Assembly: GCA_018399495.1 (NCBI GenBank) | Contig: JAGYOG010000009.1 | Coordinates: 3,651 to 67,650, forward strand | Direction: 5' to 3' | Origin: Sphaerochaeta sp. | GTDB taxonomy: Bacteria > Spirochaetota > Spirochaetia > Sphaerochaetales > Sphaerochaetaceae | Length of the DNA: 64,000 nucleotides | Shown: positions 1-9,256 of the stretch, piece by piece | How positions within the stretch are numbered: the first letter of the stretch is position 1 | Layout: each line of letters starts with the position of its first letter | Notes under the pieces: generated by a model | Databases searched by the model: none | The model's input: only the letters and a program-made list of their open reading frames with translations | What the model was told of the DNA's origin: nothing | Program-made: the position numbers and the translations under genes

Positions 1-478
1 GCTTTACACCTTTGATGGGGTAGCAGAGGTTTGCCGTCAATGAGTGTGGTTCCCCAATGACCCTCCGATCAAGAATCTGGTCTAAGACCAATCGCATCGG
101 AAGATATCGTGTCCAAATGGCCTCAGCTACCAGAAGTTTTTTCTTTTTCCCAAGTTCGATTACTTCCCTTGCTTGTTTCGTATTCATGGTGAATGCCTTT
201 TCAGCGAGTACAGGCTTACCATGCTCTAGGGCGAGCATCATATGTTCATAGTGCAAGGAGTGTGGGGTACAGACATATACTAGATCGACATCAGGATCGC
301 CCAGCATTTCCTCATAGGAACCATATGCTTTCCGTATATTCCACTTCTGGGCAAAGTCCCTTGCTTTCTGGAGATCTCTGGAAGCAACAGCGTAGGCTTC
401 CACCTGCTCCATTTCACCTATTGTTGCGGCCATTTTACGGGCAATGTTACCAGCACCCAAGATTCCCATTCTCATCAT
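1..478 (-). CDS. Gfo/Idh/MocA family oxidoreductase (3' end outside window)
   Basis: Manual translation from ATG at 478: MMRMGILGAGNIARKMA...YGSYEEMLGDPDVDLVYVCTPHSLH; Rossmann GxGxxA motif; AAGGAGG upstream; runs off the window edge. Confidence 0.85.
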   Translation of the reverse strand, partial: MMRMGILGAGNIARKMAATIGEMEQVEAYAVASRDLQKARDFAQKWNIRKAYGSYEEMLGDPDVDLVYVCTPHSLHYEHMMLALEHGKPVLAEKAFTMNTKQAREVIELGKKKKLLVAEAIWTRYLPMRLVLDQILDRRVIGEPHSLTANLCYPIKGVK

Positions 479-546
479 ACCGTTTTCCTCCTTGATGTAC
501 TCAGTATAGAGGCAACCGGACAGAAAGAAAAGATGCAATCAGCGCT

Positions 547-1299
547 CTAAAGCAAGGCACTGAGGGCAGTGGAGAGCGAAAGCAATCCCATCAAAGCAAA
601 AGCTGAGTTTGTTTTCATTCTAGATTCTGACTTGAATACCAAGGTGGCAATTGACCAGAGGCTGAATAAGAGACAGCGAAGGATGGAGTCAATGCTGGTA
701 TCTACGATTAAGGCAACGAATGGCAATAAGGCTGTTATGGCCAAACTCACCTGCAAGGATAGTTGTGTTCTACCAGAGAGAAAGAGGAATGCAAGAGCTA
801 GCAACACCAAGACAAAACTCCTGACCATGATGAGGCTTGATGGTTCTTGAATATGTGCCAACAAGAGATTTGCCGAAGCCAATGCAAAGATCTTGGCACT
901 CTCTTTGAGGTAGGAAAAGATTAAATGGGCTTTTTGTTCACTAGAGAAGAAGTGAAAAAGTGCCGAACAGATAAAACTGGTGATAAAAAGCGAGTAGGTG
1001 AGAACCACCAGGGAGCTTACCCCCTGTCCGTCAAGCATTTGTTGAATCAAATAGACAATAATTGCGATACTAGAAAGAGAAGCAATGATGTCCACAATTC
1101 CATTGAAGATGCTAGAAGATTTGAAGGCTCCTTTAGGGTCCTTGGTTTTTGCAAACTTCTCAGCATTGAAAGAGAAGTTAAACGAAGTTCCATTCTTTAA
1201 TTCCGCCTTGAATGAGACTGAATGCACATGCTCAGCATGTGTAGCTATCTCATCAACCCTGTTTTTGAAATCTGAAAAGATCTTATGTACATCATCCAT
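547..1299 (-). CDS. Membrane protein, divergent hemolysin III/PAQR-like
   Basis: About 7 hydrophobic segments; YSLFITSFICSALFHFF resembles the HlyIII STLYH region; other His motifs absent. Confidence 0.5.
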   Translation of the reverse strand: MDDVHKIFSDFKNRVDEIATHAEHVHSVSFKAELKNGTSFNFSFNAEKFAKTKDPKGAFKSSSIFNGIVDIIASLSSIAIIVYLIQQMLDGQGVSSLVVLTYSLFITSFICSALFHFFSSEQKAHLIFSYLKESAKIFALASANLLLAHIQEPSSLIMVRSFVLVLLALAFLFLSGRTQLSLQVSLAITALLPFVALIVDTSIDSILRCLLFSLWSIATLVFKSESRMKTNSAFALMGLLSLSTALSALL

Positions 1300-1302
1300 G
1301 TT

Positions 1303-1974
1303 TCAACTCCAGAACTTATCTGTCTTGATCTCGTGAATCAATGAATTAATTGTATTCCTGAGTTCAGTGAGAATCATCTCACGTGCTGCATCCCTATCAA
1401 CTTTGGCTACTTCCAAGGCTTCAGGAAACTCCATCACTTTTCCAATATTAGCATAGTAATTTCTGCTCACTACCCGCATTTCTCGACGAGCAGTCTTACT
1501 TATTTTGTTTCTCACTCTTCTTCTCGGGGCGATCAAGCCGATGGGAACGATAGGGACAGGATAGGAGAGATACATGTCTGCAATTCCTTTCTTGAAAGGC
1601 ATCAATTCCTCCTGGGTGTTCAATCCTCCTTCCGGAAAGATGTACACACTTTCTCCTTTTTTCAGATACGAAATGGCTTTCTCAACAACAACCCTACGAT
1701 CCTCTCTATCAAATGCCTTGATTTGTTCCGTCCAACCAAGAAATGATCCAATGACAGGTATGCCGAATGCAGGACCAATGACCATATGTAATGGTTCATC
1801 TGTGAGTGTAGTGACAAAATGCACATCACTGGAACTGAAATGATTTGAACAGTATATTTTGGGGCGCTTGGGTAAAGCTTCTTCTTGCCACGTAAAAAAG
1901 TCGTAGTTCAAAGCCAAGCCTATCTTGACTACGGTGCGGTAGATGTGGTGGAGGAACAAGCTTAGGGGTTTCAT
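1303..1974 (-). CDS. Lysophospholipid acyltransferase (PlsC-like)
   Basis: NHFSSSD (HX4D) and IFPEG motifs, VPIVPI. Confidence 0.85.
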   Translation of the reverse strand: MKPLSLFLHHIYRTVVKIGLALNYDFFTWQEEALPKRPKIYCSNHFSSSDVHFVTTLTDEPLHMVIGPAFGIPVIGSFLGWTEQIKAFDREDRRVVVEKAISYLKKGESVYIFPEGGLNTQEELMPFKKGIADMYLSYPVPIVPIGLIAPRRRVRNKISKTARREMRVVSRNYYANIGKVMEFPEALEVAKVDRDAAREMILTELRNTINSLIHEIKTDKFWS

Positions 1975-1993
1975 GCATCAACTATCCTTGTCA

Positions 1994-2749
1994 CTACCAC
2001 GTAGGTAGCCAAACCTTACGGCCCAGTTCACCATCATAAACCTGGTGTGCCCTGATATGATAGACCTCTTGGAGCAATCCATCAGTGAAGATTTGTTCAG
2101 TAGGGCCCTGAGATATGATGACTCCTTCCTTGAGTACAAGTGCCAGTTGACTATAAACCTGTACAAGCAGCATGTCATGCAGGACACAGATGACCGTATA
2201 CCCTTTTTTTACCAGTTCAGTAAGTAACCCCATTATTGCTCTTTGATGCCTGACATCAAGATGGTTTACTGGTTCATCGAGCAAGAGGAGTCTTCCATCC
2301 TGGCTTAATGCCCTTGCCAGTAAGACTCGTTGTACCTCTCCACCACTAAGTTCTGTCACCGTATTGTTTTGAAATTGTAAAATATCACAGGCTTCCATTG
2401 CTGCTTCTATTGCATGCCCATCATCTTCCCCTTCATATGCATAGCGTCCCATTGAGACAGCTTCGCGAACAGTAAAAGCATAATCGAGTTTGCCATTTTG
2501 CGCGACAAAGCCCAACCTGGTCGCAAGCTCCTTCTGCTTGAGGTGTTGAATATCCTGACCATCAACATAGACCACTCCAGATTCTGGCTTGAGCTGTTTG
2601 TAGATAAACTTCAAGAGCGTACTCTTGCCACTTCCATTCGGACCAGTAAGTGCAATGAATTTTCCCTTGGGGAGGGTGAGATCCAGATTAGAAAAGACTT
2701 TGTGTTTATCGTAGCCTCCTTTGAGTTTGCTGATCTTGAGGCTATCCAT
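1994..2749 (-). CDS. Cobalamin/iron ABC transporter ATP-binding protein
   Basis: GPNGSGKST, LSGGE, LLLDEP; FepC/BtuD-like; downstream of riboswitch. Confidence 0.9.
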   Translation of the reverse strand: MDSLKISKLKGGYDKHKVFSNLDLTLPKGKFIALTGPNGSGKSTLLKFIYKQLKPESGVVYVDGQDIQHLKQKELATRLGFVAQNGKLDYAFTVREAVSMGRYAYEGEDDGHAIEAAMEACDILQFQNNTVTELSGGEVQRVLLARALSQDGRLLLLDEPVNHLDVRHQRAIMGLLTELVKKGYTVICVLHDMLLVQVYSQLALVLKEGVIISQGPTEQIFTDGLLQEVYHIRAHQVYDGELGRKVWLPTW

Positions 2750-3725
2750 AACGATACCGTCCTTTTCGAAGCAGGTATATGAACAAGGGAACTCCCAACA
2801 AGCTGGTGATAATCCCTACGGGCAACTCACCGGTAGGAAGCATTACCCTAGAGACAGTATCACTGGCAAGCAGGAGAAAACCACCGAACAGGCTTGAAGG
2901 GAGCAACAGTCTGCTGTGCTTGGGACCGACGAGCAAACGTGTTACATGAGGTGCCATCAAACCGATGAATCCAATAACACCGAAATAGGATACGCAAATT
3001 GCACTCGCTGCAGAACCAGCAAGTAAAAGCAGAAGTCGGGTTTTTCCGACTGCCAAGCCTCCTGCATGTGCAGAAGCTTCGTCAAGAAGCAACATATCCA
3101 TGTTTTGATGGTTCGCCCGTAGCAAAATAAAAAGCAGGAGAAACGTGAATAATAGAATAATAACCTGTGCATACGTGCTGGTAGAAAAACTCCCAAGAGT
3201 CCAGTAGAGAATACGCTGATACTGCTCACGATGCAGAAACATTAATAGTGTCATTGCTGCGCTGAGTATATAGTTTACTGCCACACCGGTAAGCAGGAGG
3301 GTAGTATTACTGCTCTTTCGCTTGAGTGACATCCCAACGATGAAGAGGGTAGTAAGAATGGCCCCGATGAGCGCACTCAAGGGAAATCCCAACAGAGGGG
3401 CAAGTCCTATGAATAACGCTAGAGCAACTCCGAAGGAGGCACCGCTACTGATACCCAGTACAAAGGGATCTGCCATGGGATTACGCAGTGCAGCTTGGAA
3501 AACCGTTCCAGCGCACCCCAGGATTGCTCCTGAGAAAAACGATGCAAGAATCCTGGGCAACCTGAGTTGCCAAATGATGTACCCCTGGTTCCCCCCAGTA
3601 TCCTGGCCTGTGAGAACAGCAATTGTGTTTTCAAGCGAAATTTGGGAAGGTCCCAAGGTTAGGGAGAGCAACATCAAGAGCACACTACAGAGCGCGAGTG
3701 TCGCAGACAACCCTTTCTTCATCAC
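2742..3725 (-). CDS. Cobalamin/iron ABC transporter permease (FecCD/BtuC family)
   Basis: LRLPR, RNPMADPFVLGISSGA, GVIGFIGL, ELPVG motifs. Confidence 0.9.
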   Translation of the reverse strand: MMKKGLSATLALCSVLLMLLSLTLGPSQISLENTIAVLTGQDTGGNQGYIIWQLRLPRILASFFSGAILGCAGTVFQAALRNPMADPFVLGISSGASFGVALALFIGLAPLLGFPLSALIGAILTTLFIVGMSLKRKSSNTTLLLTGVAVNYILSAAMTLLMFLHREQYQRILYWTLGSFSTSTYAQVIILLFTFLLLFILLRANHQNMDMLLLDEASAHAGGLAVGKTRLLLLLAGSAASAICVSYFGVIGFIGLMAPHVTRLLVGPKHSRLLLPSSLFGGFLLLASDTVSRVMLPTGELPVGIITSLLGVPLFIYLLRKGRYRYG

Positions 3726-4597
3726 TTCTTTTCCTGATGGATCAACTCAGCAAGTGCTTTCAGTGCTTCTGCACTTCTTGGTCCTTGTCTACTGGTGGAA
3801 TCGGCATCAAAGATGATAATTTCGCCACTCAAGTCGCTATAGGGCTTAGTAGTGGTAAACTCCTGGATAGTTTCCTCTCCGCTCTCTCCCCATCGAGGAT
3901 TAAGCAAGAGAATCTCAGGATCTGAGGCCATCAGCAGCTCCTTACTGTATGTCCAGTTCTTGGCACTTTTTGCTACATTGGTAGCACCTGCGAGTTCAAT
4001 CATTTCTCCGAGGAAGGTATCACCTGTAGCGGTACCATCAAAACCTCCGAAGTCGATAACCATATACACTGAAGGCTTCGCTTTATTTTGGTAGGTACTT
4101 ACCACGTCCCTTACCGTATTCTGCATGGAGAGGATCATAAGCTCAGCCTCACTTTGCTTGTCTACTACCTCTGCAATACCCCTGATCAATTCGTAGGTAC
4201 CTTGAAAGGTCTGTTGCGTATCAAGTTGTAAGACTTCAATTCCGGCTCTCTCTACTGAGGCTAGGAAGTCATCAGGGACGAATGCACTGCTGATGACCAC
4301 CGTTGGTTCAAGAGAGAGCAAGGTTTCAAGGCTTGGATTGTACAAAGTTCCAACCGACGGTAAATCCAATGCCTGTTCAGGGTGGTTACAGTAGTCACTT
4401 CTTCCCACCAAGAATGAGCCTGCATCCAAAGCATAGAGGGTTTCGGTGACATTTGGTGAGAGACTTGCAATACGCAATTCATTCACACTTTCTTGATTGC
4501 CGATTTCCAAGATTGGTTGAGCTCCGATACGGGAGAAAGTCAATAGCAGAAAAGACGCAATAAATAGGAGATACTGTTTAACTGTTCGATTGTGCAT
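3722..4597 (-). CDS. Cobalamin ABC transporter substrate-binding protein (BtuF-like)
   Basis: RIASLSPNVTETLYAL, VGRSDYC, RQGPR; signal peptide; start at 4597 preferred (AAAGGGG SD), 4618 possible. Confidence 0.85.
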   Translation of the reverse strand: MHNRTVKQYLLFIASFLLLTFSRIGAQPILEIGNQESVNELRIASLSPNVTETLYALDAGSFLVGRSDYCNHPEQALDLPSVGTLYNPSLETLLSLEPTVVISSAFVPDDFLASVERAGIEVLQLDTQQTFQGTYELIRGIAEVVDKQSEAELMILSMQNTVRDVVSTYQNKAKPSVYMVIDFGGFDGTATGDTFLGEMIELAGATNVAKSAKNWTYSKELLMASDPEILLLNPRWGESGEETIQEFTTTKPYSDLSGEIIIFDADSTSRQGPRSAEALKALAELIHQEKK

Positions 4598-4630
4598 AAC
4601 GCCCCTTTGCACGGGCATGTAACATACCCT

Positions 4631-4795
4631 GACCTATACTCCGTAGGCCGTCGGAATTTATCCATGTCAGGTCTCCTGGCTTAGGCATGCACAGAATCTG
4701 CGACTTCCCGTTTATTAACAGTGTCTTGATGCAGACTCCCAGCCTCTACAGTGGCGGGACCGCAGGGGCTTAAACCCCTTTCCCTTGGCATGGAC
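4631..4795 (-). ncRNA. Cobalamin riboswitch
   Basis: Minus strand reads AAGGGAA-AGGGGTTTAAGCCCCT-GCGGTCCCGCCACTGT...CACTG...GGGAAG...AAGCCAGGAGACCTG (B12 box); TCCATG/CATGGA closing helix; hairpin GGCCTA-CGGAGTA-TAGGTC downstream; lies upstream of BtuFCD-like genes. Confidence 0.92.
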
Positions 4796-4800
4796 AACCT

Positions 4801-4829
4801 ATCCTACGAAGTAGGGAAGGGGCTGTCAA
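4801..4829 (-). promoter_or_regulatory. Sigma70-type promoter for riboswitch/B12 transporter
   Basis: TTGACA-17 nt-TAGGAT on the minus strand immediately 5' of the riboswitch. Confidence 0.7.
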
Positions 4830-4888
4830 GACTTGCCTTAGTTGAACAGTAGTATTGTTGGACTGATACCAATACGAAATTTCTGTAA

Positions 4889-5896
4889 TTACCGTGCATC
4901 TGGAGAGACCATTTGCTGGAGATTGAGAATTTGTTCTTGCATGCCAAGGACCAACATACTCAAACCCTCATGCAACACAGTGTTGGAACTTGGGTTATAA
5001 ATAGTAGAACCATCACTTTCTTTTGTGGCAAGAACAATCAGACCTGTTTTTTCAGGAATACGAACCTCAAGTAGATTTTTCCCGGCTAAAGGAGAATTTT
5101 TAGTAACTTCGATTTCTCCCAAGTCCAGTGTATCTTCACCAATGCGGGTGATTGCATCAAGGAAAGAGATGATCTGTGGTCGAAGCATGAGAACCGCCAT
5201 GCGGTTTCCTCCCAGTTCATGAGGATTGATCGTACTGTTAGCACCTGCTTTCTTAAGTTTTTGTGCCGCAGATGTTTCAATGGCACGGGCCACAATTTGC
5301 AGCTCTTTATTTATTTCTCGTGCAGTTAAAACAGTGAACACATTTTCCGCATCAGAACCCAGTGAGGTGACCAATCCTTTGGCCTCCTTGATGCCAGCGT
5401 GTAGTAAGACATCTTCATCTGTCGCATCACCATGGATTACAGTATACCCTTGATTAAGCAGTTCCTCAAAGCGTGAAAGATCCTTCTCGATGATTACAAA
5501 CTCAGCGTGACTTCGTTTGAACTGCTCAAACAGGCTTACACTCGTTTGTCCAGCACCGCAAATAATATAATGGTTTTTCATGTTCTGAAGTCTCCTTTGC
5601 ACACGTCTGTTGAGTAGAATACGTTTGAATTCGCCTTCAGCCAAGAAAGCTGCCAATTGTGAAAATGCATAAGCAATCAAGCCGAGTCCACTAATTATGA
5701 TGAACATAGTGAACAGCTTTCCTGCAGCGTCGAGATTTTCAATTTCTCTGAAACCAACAGTAGAAACAGTAATAACCGTCATATACAGTGCATCCACGAA
5801 TCCAACTTCAAGCAAGACCATGTATCCAGTGGTCCCTATAGCTAATAACAAGATAATGAGAACTATCAAATACATTGCATTTGTATGGCGTTGCAC
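4889..5896 (-). CDS. Potassium channel protein with RCK (TrkA-N/TrkA-C) domains
   Basis: Pore helix DALYMTVITVSTVGF, HYIICGAG, GDAT; GTG start at 5896 with AAGGAG. Confidence 0.88.
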   Translation of the reverse strand: MQRHTNAMYLIVLIILLLAIGTTGYMVLLEVGFVDALYMTVITVSTVGFREIENLDAAGKLFTMFIIISGLGLIAYAFSQLAAFLAEGEFKRILLNRRVQRRLQNMKNHYIICGAGQTSVSLFEQFKRSHAEFVIIEKDLSRFEELLNQGYTVIHGDATDEDVLLHAGIKEAKGLVTSLGSDAENVFTVLTAREINKELQIVARAIETSAAQKLKKAGANSTINPHELGGNRMAVLMLRPQIISFLDAITRIGEDTLDLGEIEVTKNSPLAGKNLLEVRIPEKTGLIVLATKESDGSTIYNPSSNTVLHEGLSMLVLGMQEQILNLQQMVSPDAR

Positions 5897-6032
5897 TCTC
5901 TGCTCCTTTCTCTGGATGTTATAACTGTACTGCAGTAAATACATCGATTACAATGTTTTTCATCAGATCTTTTAGGAAGTGATTCTTTTCCTGTAGTTGA
6001 CCGGATGCGCCAGCTATATTACTATCCGGTCT

Positions 6033-6485
6033 ATGAATCATGCAGAAATAGAAATCTATACAGATGGTGGGTGTCTAGGTAATCCGGGACCCGGTGGTTG
6101 GGCCTTTGTGCTCAGAGCGGATAACGGGAAATTCGAGAAAGAAGCTAGTGGTTTTGAAGCTGCCACCACAAACAACCGTATGGAACTTAGGGCAGTTATT
6201 GAGGCGCTGGAGGCCTGCAAGCAGTATGAGCCAAAGCATATTGTCATCAATACAGACAGCCAATACGTGAAAAATGGGATTACCAGCTGGATAAAGAAGT
6301 GGAAAGTAAATGGATGGCGAACCGCCAGCAAGAGTCCAGTAAAGAACAAAGAGTACTGGGTGGAGCTGGATGTACTTAATGAACTGTTGCCAGTTCAGTG
6401 GAACTGGGTGAAAGGGCATGCGGGGATCGCTGACAATGAGCGGTGTGACCAGCTGGTACGACAGGCGATGGACAACGGATCATGA
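6033..6485 (+). CDS. rnhA: Ribonuclease HI
   Basis: IYTDGGCLGNPGPGGW, TTNNRMEL, TDSQYV, WVKGH, NERCD. Confidence 0.95.
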   Translation: MNHAEIEIYTDGGCLGNPGPGGWAFVLRADNGKFEKEASGFEAATTNNRMELRAVIEALEACKQYEPKHIVINTDSQYVKNGITSWIKKWKVNGWRTASKSPVKNKEYWVELDVLNELLPVQWNWVKGHAGIADNERCDQLVRQAMDNGS

Positions 6486-7036
6486 AAAGAAGGGATGCAT
6501 CAATTTGGCAACTCTATCTTACCTTCTTGAAAATTGGTGGACTAACCTTTGGTGGTGGGTATGCCATGCTCCCTATGCTACAGCGGGAAGTCATCGACAT
6601 CCACCACTGGGTTACTGAGGAGGAGGTGTTGGATATCTATGCCATCGGTCAATGCAGTCCTGGTATTATTGCCGTCAATACTGCCACCATGATCGGCTAC
6701 CGAAAGCGTGGTATTCCGGGAGCAATCGCTGCAACCCTGGGAGAAGTTACTCCTTCTCTTGTCCTTATCACGTTGCTTGCAACCATTCTGCTGCAAATAC
6801 AAGACAATATATGGGTACAACGAGCATTTGGAGGCATACGCGTTGCAGTGTGCGCACTTATCACCCAATCGGTGATTACACTCTCCAAGAAAAGCCTCAT
6901 CGATATTCCTACCGTACTGTTGTACATTGCAACGGTTGCTGCAACCCTTGTCTTTTCCCTCTCTCCGCTCATTGTGGTTCCCTTCGCAATTCTCTACGGA
7001 CTGGCTGTGCAGAGAATCAAGCGGAGGAAAGCATGA
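6482..7036 (+). CDS. Chromate transporter, short-chain subunit 1
   Basis: FLKIGGLTFGGGYAM, GQCSPG. Confidence 0.9.
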   Translation: MKRRDASIWQLYLTFLKIGGLTFGGGYAMLPMLQREVIDIHHWVTEEEVLDIYAIGQCSPGIIAVNTATMIGYRKRGIPGAIAATLGEVTPSLVLITLLATILLQIQDNIWVQRAFGGIRVAVCALITQSVITLSKKSLIDIPTVLLYIATVAATLVFSLSPLIVVPFAILYGLAVQRIKRRKA

Positions 7037-7578
7037 TTTATTTTGAACTCTATTGGGAGTTTTTCAAGATAGGACTTTTTGCAATAGGAGGAGGACTAGC
7101 TACACTGCCGTTTCTGTATACGCTTGCTGAGACCCATGGACAATGGATTACCTCCAGCGATATTGCAGACATGATCGCCATTAGTGAATCAACACCTGGA
7201 CCAATCGGGATCAACATGGCAACGTTTGCCGGTTATCAGGCAGCTGGCCCCTTGGGTGGCTTGATTGCCACATTGGGCGAGATTACCCCTTCATTGATAA
7301 TCATTATCTTTATTGCACGCTTTCTTGGTCAGTTTGACAAGAATCAGTATGTCAAGGATGGACTCTACGGGCTGAGATCTGCCGTTGTAGGTCTTATTTC
7401 CTACGCTGGCCTGAAACTATTCGGGTCAACGTTGCTGCTTAATGGCAGTATACGTATCAAAGAGACGCTTCTGTTTCTTGTTCTGTTGTTTCTTGTGCTT
7501 CGACTGAAGAAGATTCATCCTCTGTACTGGATTCTTCTGGGAGCTGCTTTGGGGATTGTGTTGCATCTCCCTTCGTAA
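7033..7578 (+). CDS. Chromate transporter, short-chain subunit 2
   Basis: FFKIGLFAIGGG, SESTPGPIGIN; true start is ATG 7033 (ATGA overlap), not 6652. Confidence 0.9.
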   Translation: MIYFELYWEFFKIGLFAIGGGLATLPFLYTLAETHGQWITSSDIADMIAISESTPGPIGINMATFAGYQAAGPLGGLIATLGEITPSLIIIIFIARFLGQFDKNQYVKDGLYGLRSAVVGLISYAGLKLFGSTLLLNGSIRIKETLLFLVLLFLVLRLKKIHPLYWILLGAALGIVLHLPS

Positions 7579-8137
7579 GATACTGTAACATATAGGCATA
7601 CCAACTCTCTTCACCCTCGAGTTTAGAGAGTAGGGTGAATGCATCTTTCTCCCTCTGGTGTTCTCGTACCAAAGCGAGTGCAAGTTCAGTTGCTTGCTCC
7701 TTGAACCCCCAGCTAGCAGCTTGTGTAGCTACCTCCAAGCGTTCTGCATAGAGTGCTGGATTCAGACTGAAAATCCTCTGATACACCTGTAGCGCTTTCT
7801 CATACTGTTTTTCTTGGGTCAGAGCCTTTGCCTGAAGAAAAAGAAACGAGAGGTGGGTAGGGAAGTTCTTGAACGATGAATGGCTCTTTTCAAGGACCTG
7901 ATCATAATCACCAAGATGAAAGAGAGCCAACTGTTCATTGTATTGATAGGAGGCCTGACTGGAATCCAGGAGTGCAGCTTCCTTGTACAACTGCACTGAA
8001 GCAGCATACTCCTGATTCTCGAAAAGCTGGCTTGCCTTATCTGCTGCCTGAAGGGCACGCCTCTCGTTGCCCATGGTGGTACAGGAGAAGAGCAACAGGG
8101 TTGCAAGCAGCAGAAAAACAGCCAGAAGTTTTTGCAT
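7457..8137 (-). CDS. TPR-like lipoprotein
   Basis: Lipobox LLFSC; helical repeats (YAASVQLYKEA, YEKALQVYQRI); acidic tail. Confidence 0.7.
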   Translation of the reverse strand: MQKLLAVFLLLATLLLFSCTTMGNERRALQAADKASQLFENQEYAASVQLYKEAALLDSSQASYQYNEQLALFHLGDYDQVLEKSHSSFKNFPTHLSFLFLQAKALTQEKQYEKALQVYQRIFSLNPALYAERLEVATQAASWGFKEQATELALALVREHQREKDAFTLLSKLEGEESWYAYMLQYLTKGDATQSPKQLPEESSTEDESSSVEAQETTEQETEASL

Positions 8138-9201
8138 CAGCGCTCCAGTACAGTCTGTTCAATCTCCCGTACTTGTGCACGATAGAGATTGGTGATTGCA
8201 GAACCGTAATCAGCAATAAGCTGAATTATATTCCTTGGGGTGTCACTGTTATCCATACCATTAAGTCGGTCACCAGCATCACCAAGGCCGGGTAGGATAT
8301 AGGCAGCATCGTTAAGCACTGGATCCATCCAGAGTGTATAGACTTCTGCTCCCTCAATAGCACGGACTATTCTTAAAGACCCCTTGATTGCACTAATAAC
8401 ATTGATGAACTTAACAGATTTAGGTTCGACCCCGTTGTCTTTCAGATATTTTACAATGGTAACCAAACTTCCACCGGTAGCATTCATCGGGTCGGCAAAA
8501 ATCAAATCCTTTCCATCGAGTGAGGCAAGGTCGAAATAGGATTTGTCCAGATCCAGAATGTAATCCATGTTTGCTTCTTTCTTTGAGTCATCACGTTTTA
8601 TCTTGAACAAAGCAAAAGGAGTGACAAACTTGTCCGTGGAGTACTCTTGGATTTCTTTGCTGAGGATCATACTGGGAAGCAGAGCCCCCCGGAGCATGAC
8701 ACACATGACACTATTCTCTATCAGGGAGTCAACATCTGGAATTCTGTGGACAGCATAGTTTCTAACCGGACTGGTTACAGGGGTCTTGGTAATAATAGAA
8801 CGCTTTGTTGGCAATGCAGCATCAGCAAACACATGGGAAAAAAGCATCTCGTAAGCACGTTGGATATAATAGAGAAATTCCTCATTGCCTGTATTTGGAG
8901 AGCGAAGTTTGGCAATCAGCCGGCTTGCCTGGCCATGTTGCTCCTGAGGAGTCTCGAAGGAGTAGACATGAATGGAAGGTTCCTCAGCACACACATTCTT
9001 GAGGTAGCGTCCAATCTCCTTGGCACTCTCTACCAAGCCTTTTCGTGCCTCTTCAAGTTGCATCACATCGCTTGCAGTCTCCAGCACAGAGCAGTGATAG
9101 AGAGATTTCTTATACAACTCATCAACGTGCGCGATTTTTTCCTTGTCCGAATCCTTGAGGAATCCATCAAGGTCGGTTGCATGTAATACGATTTTATTCA
9201 T
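8137..9201 (-). CDS. upp: Uracil phosphoribosyltransferase (long form)
   Basis: MLRGAL, DPMNATGGS PRPP motif, YILPGLGDAGDR. Confidence 0.9.
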   Translation of the reverse strand: MNKIVLHATDLDGFLKDSDKEKIAHVDELYKKSLYHCSVLETASDVMQLEEARKGLVESAKEIGRYLKNVCAEEPSIHVYSFETPQEQHGQASRLIAKLRSPNTGNEEFLYYIQRAYEMLFSHVFADAALPTKRSIITKTPVTSPVRNYAVHRIPDVDSLIENSVMCVMLRGALLPSMILSKEIQEYSTDKFVTPFALFKIKRDDSKKEANMDYILDLDKSYFDLASLDGKDLIFADPMNATGGSLVTIVKYLKDNGVEPKSVKFINVISAIKGSLRIVRAIEGAEVYTLWMDPVLNDAAYILPGLGDAGDRLNGMDNSDTPRNIIQLIADYGSAITNLYRAQVREIEQTVLER

Positions 9202-9256
9202 GTAAGCATTTCTCCTCAGTAATGACCTTCGATTTTATCCGAAGATGATGAGTCTG

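Noticed and set aside
6652-7032. N-terminal extension of the second chromate transporter ORF
   Set aside because: Out-of-frame overlap with the first subunit; ATG 7033 has GGAGG and ATGA coupling
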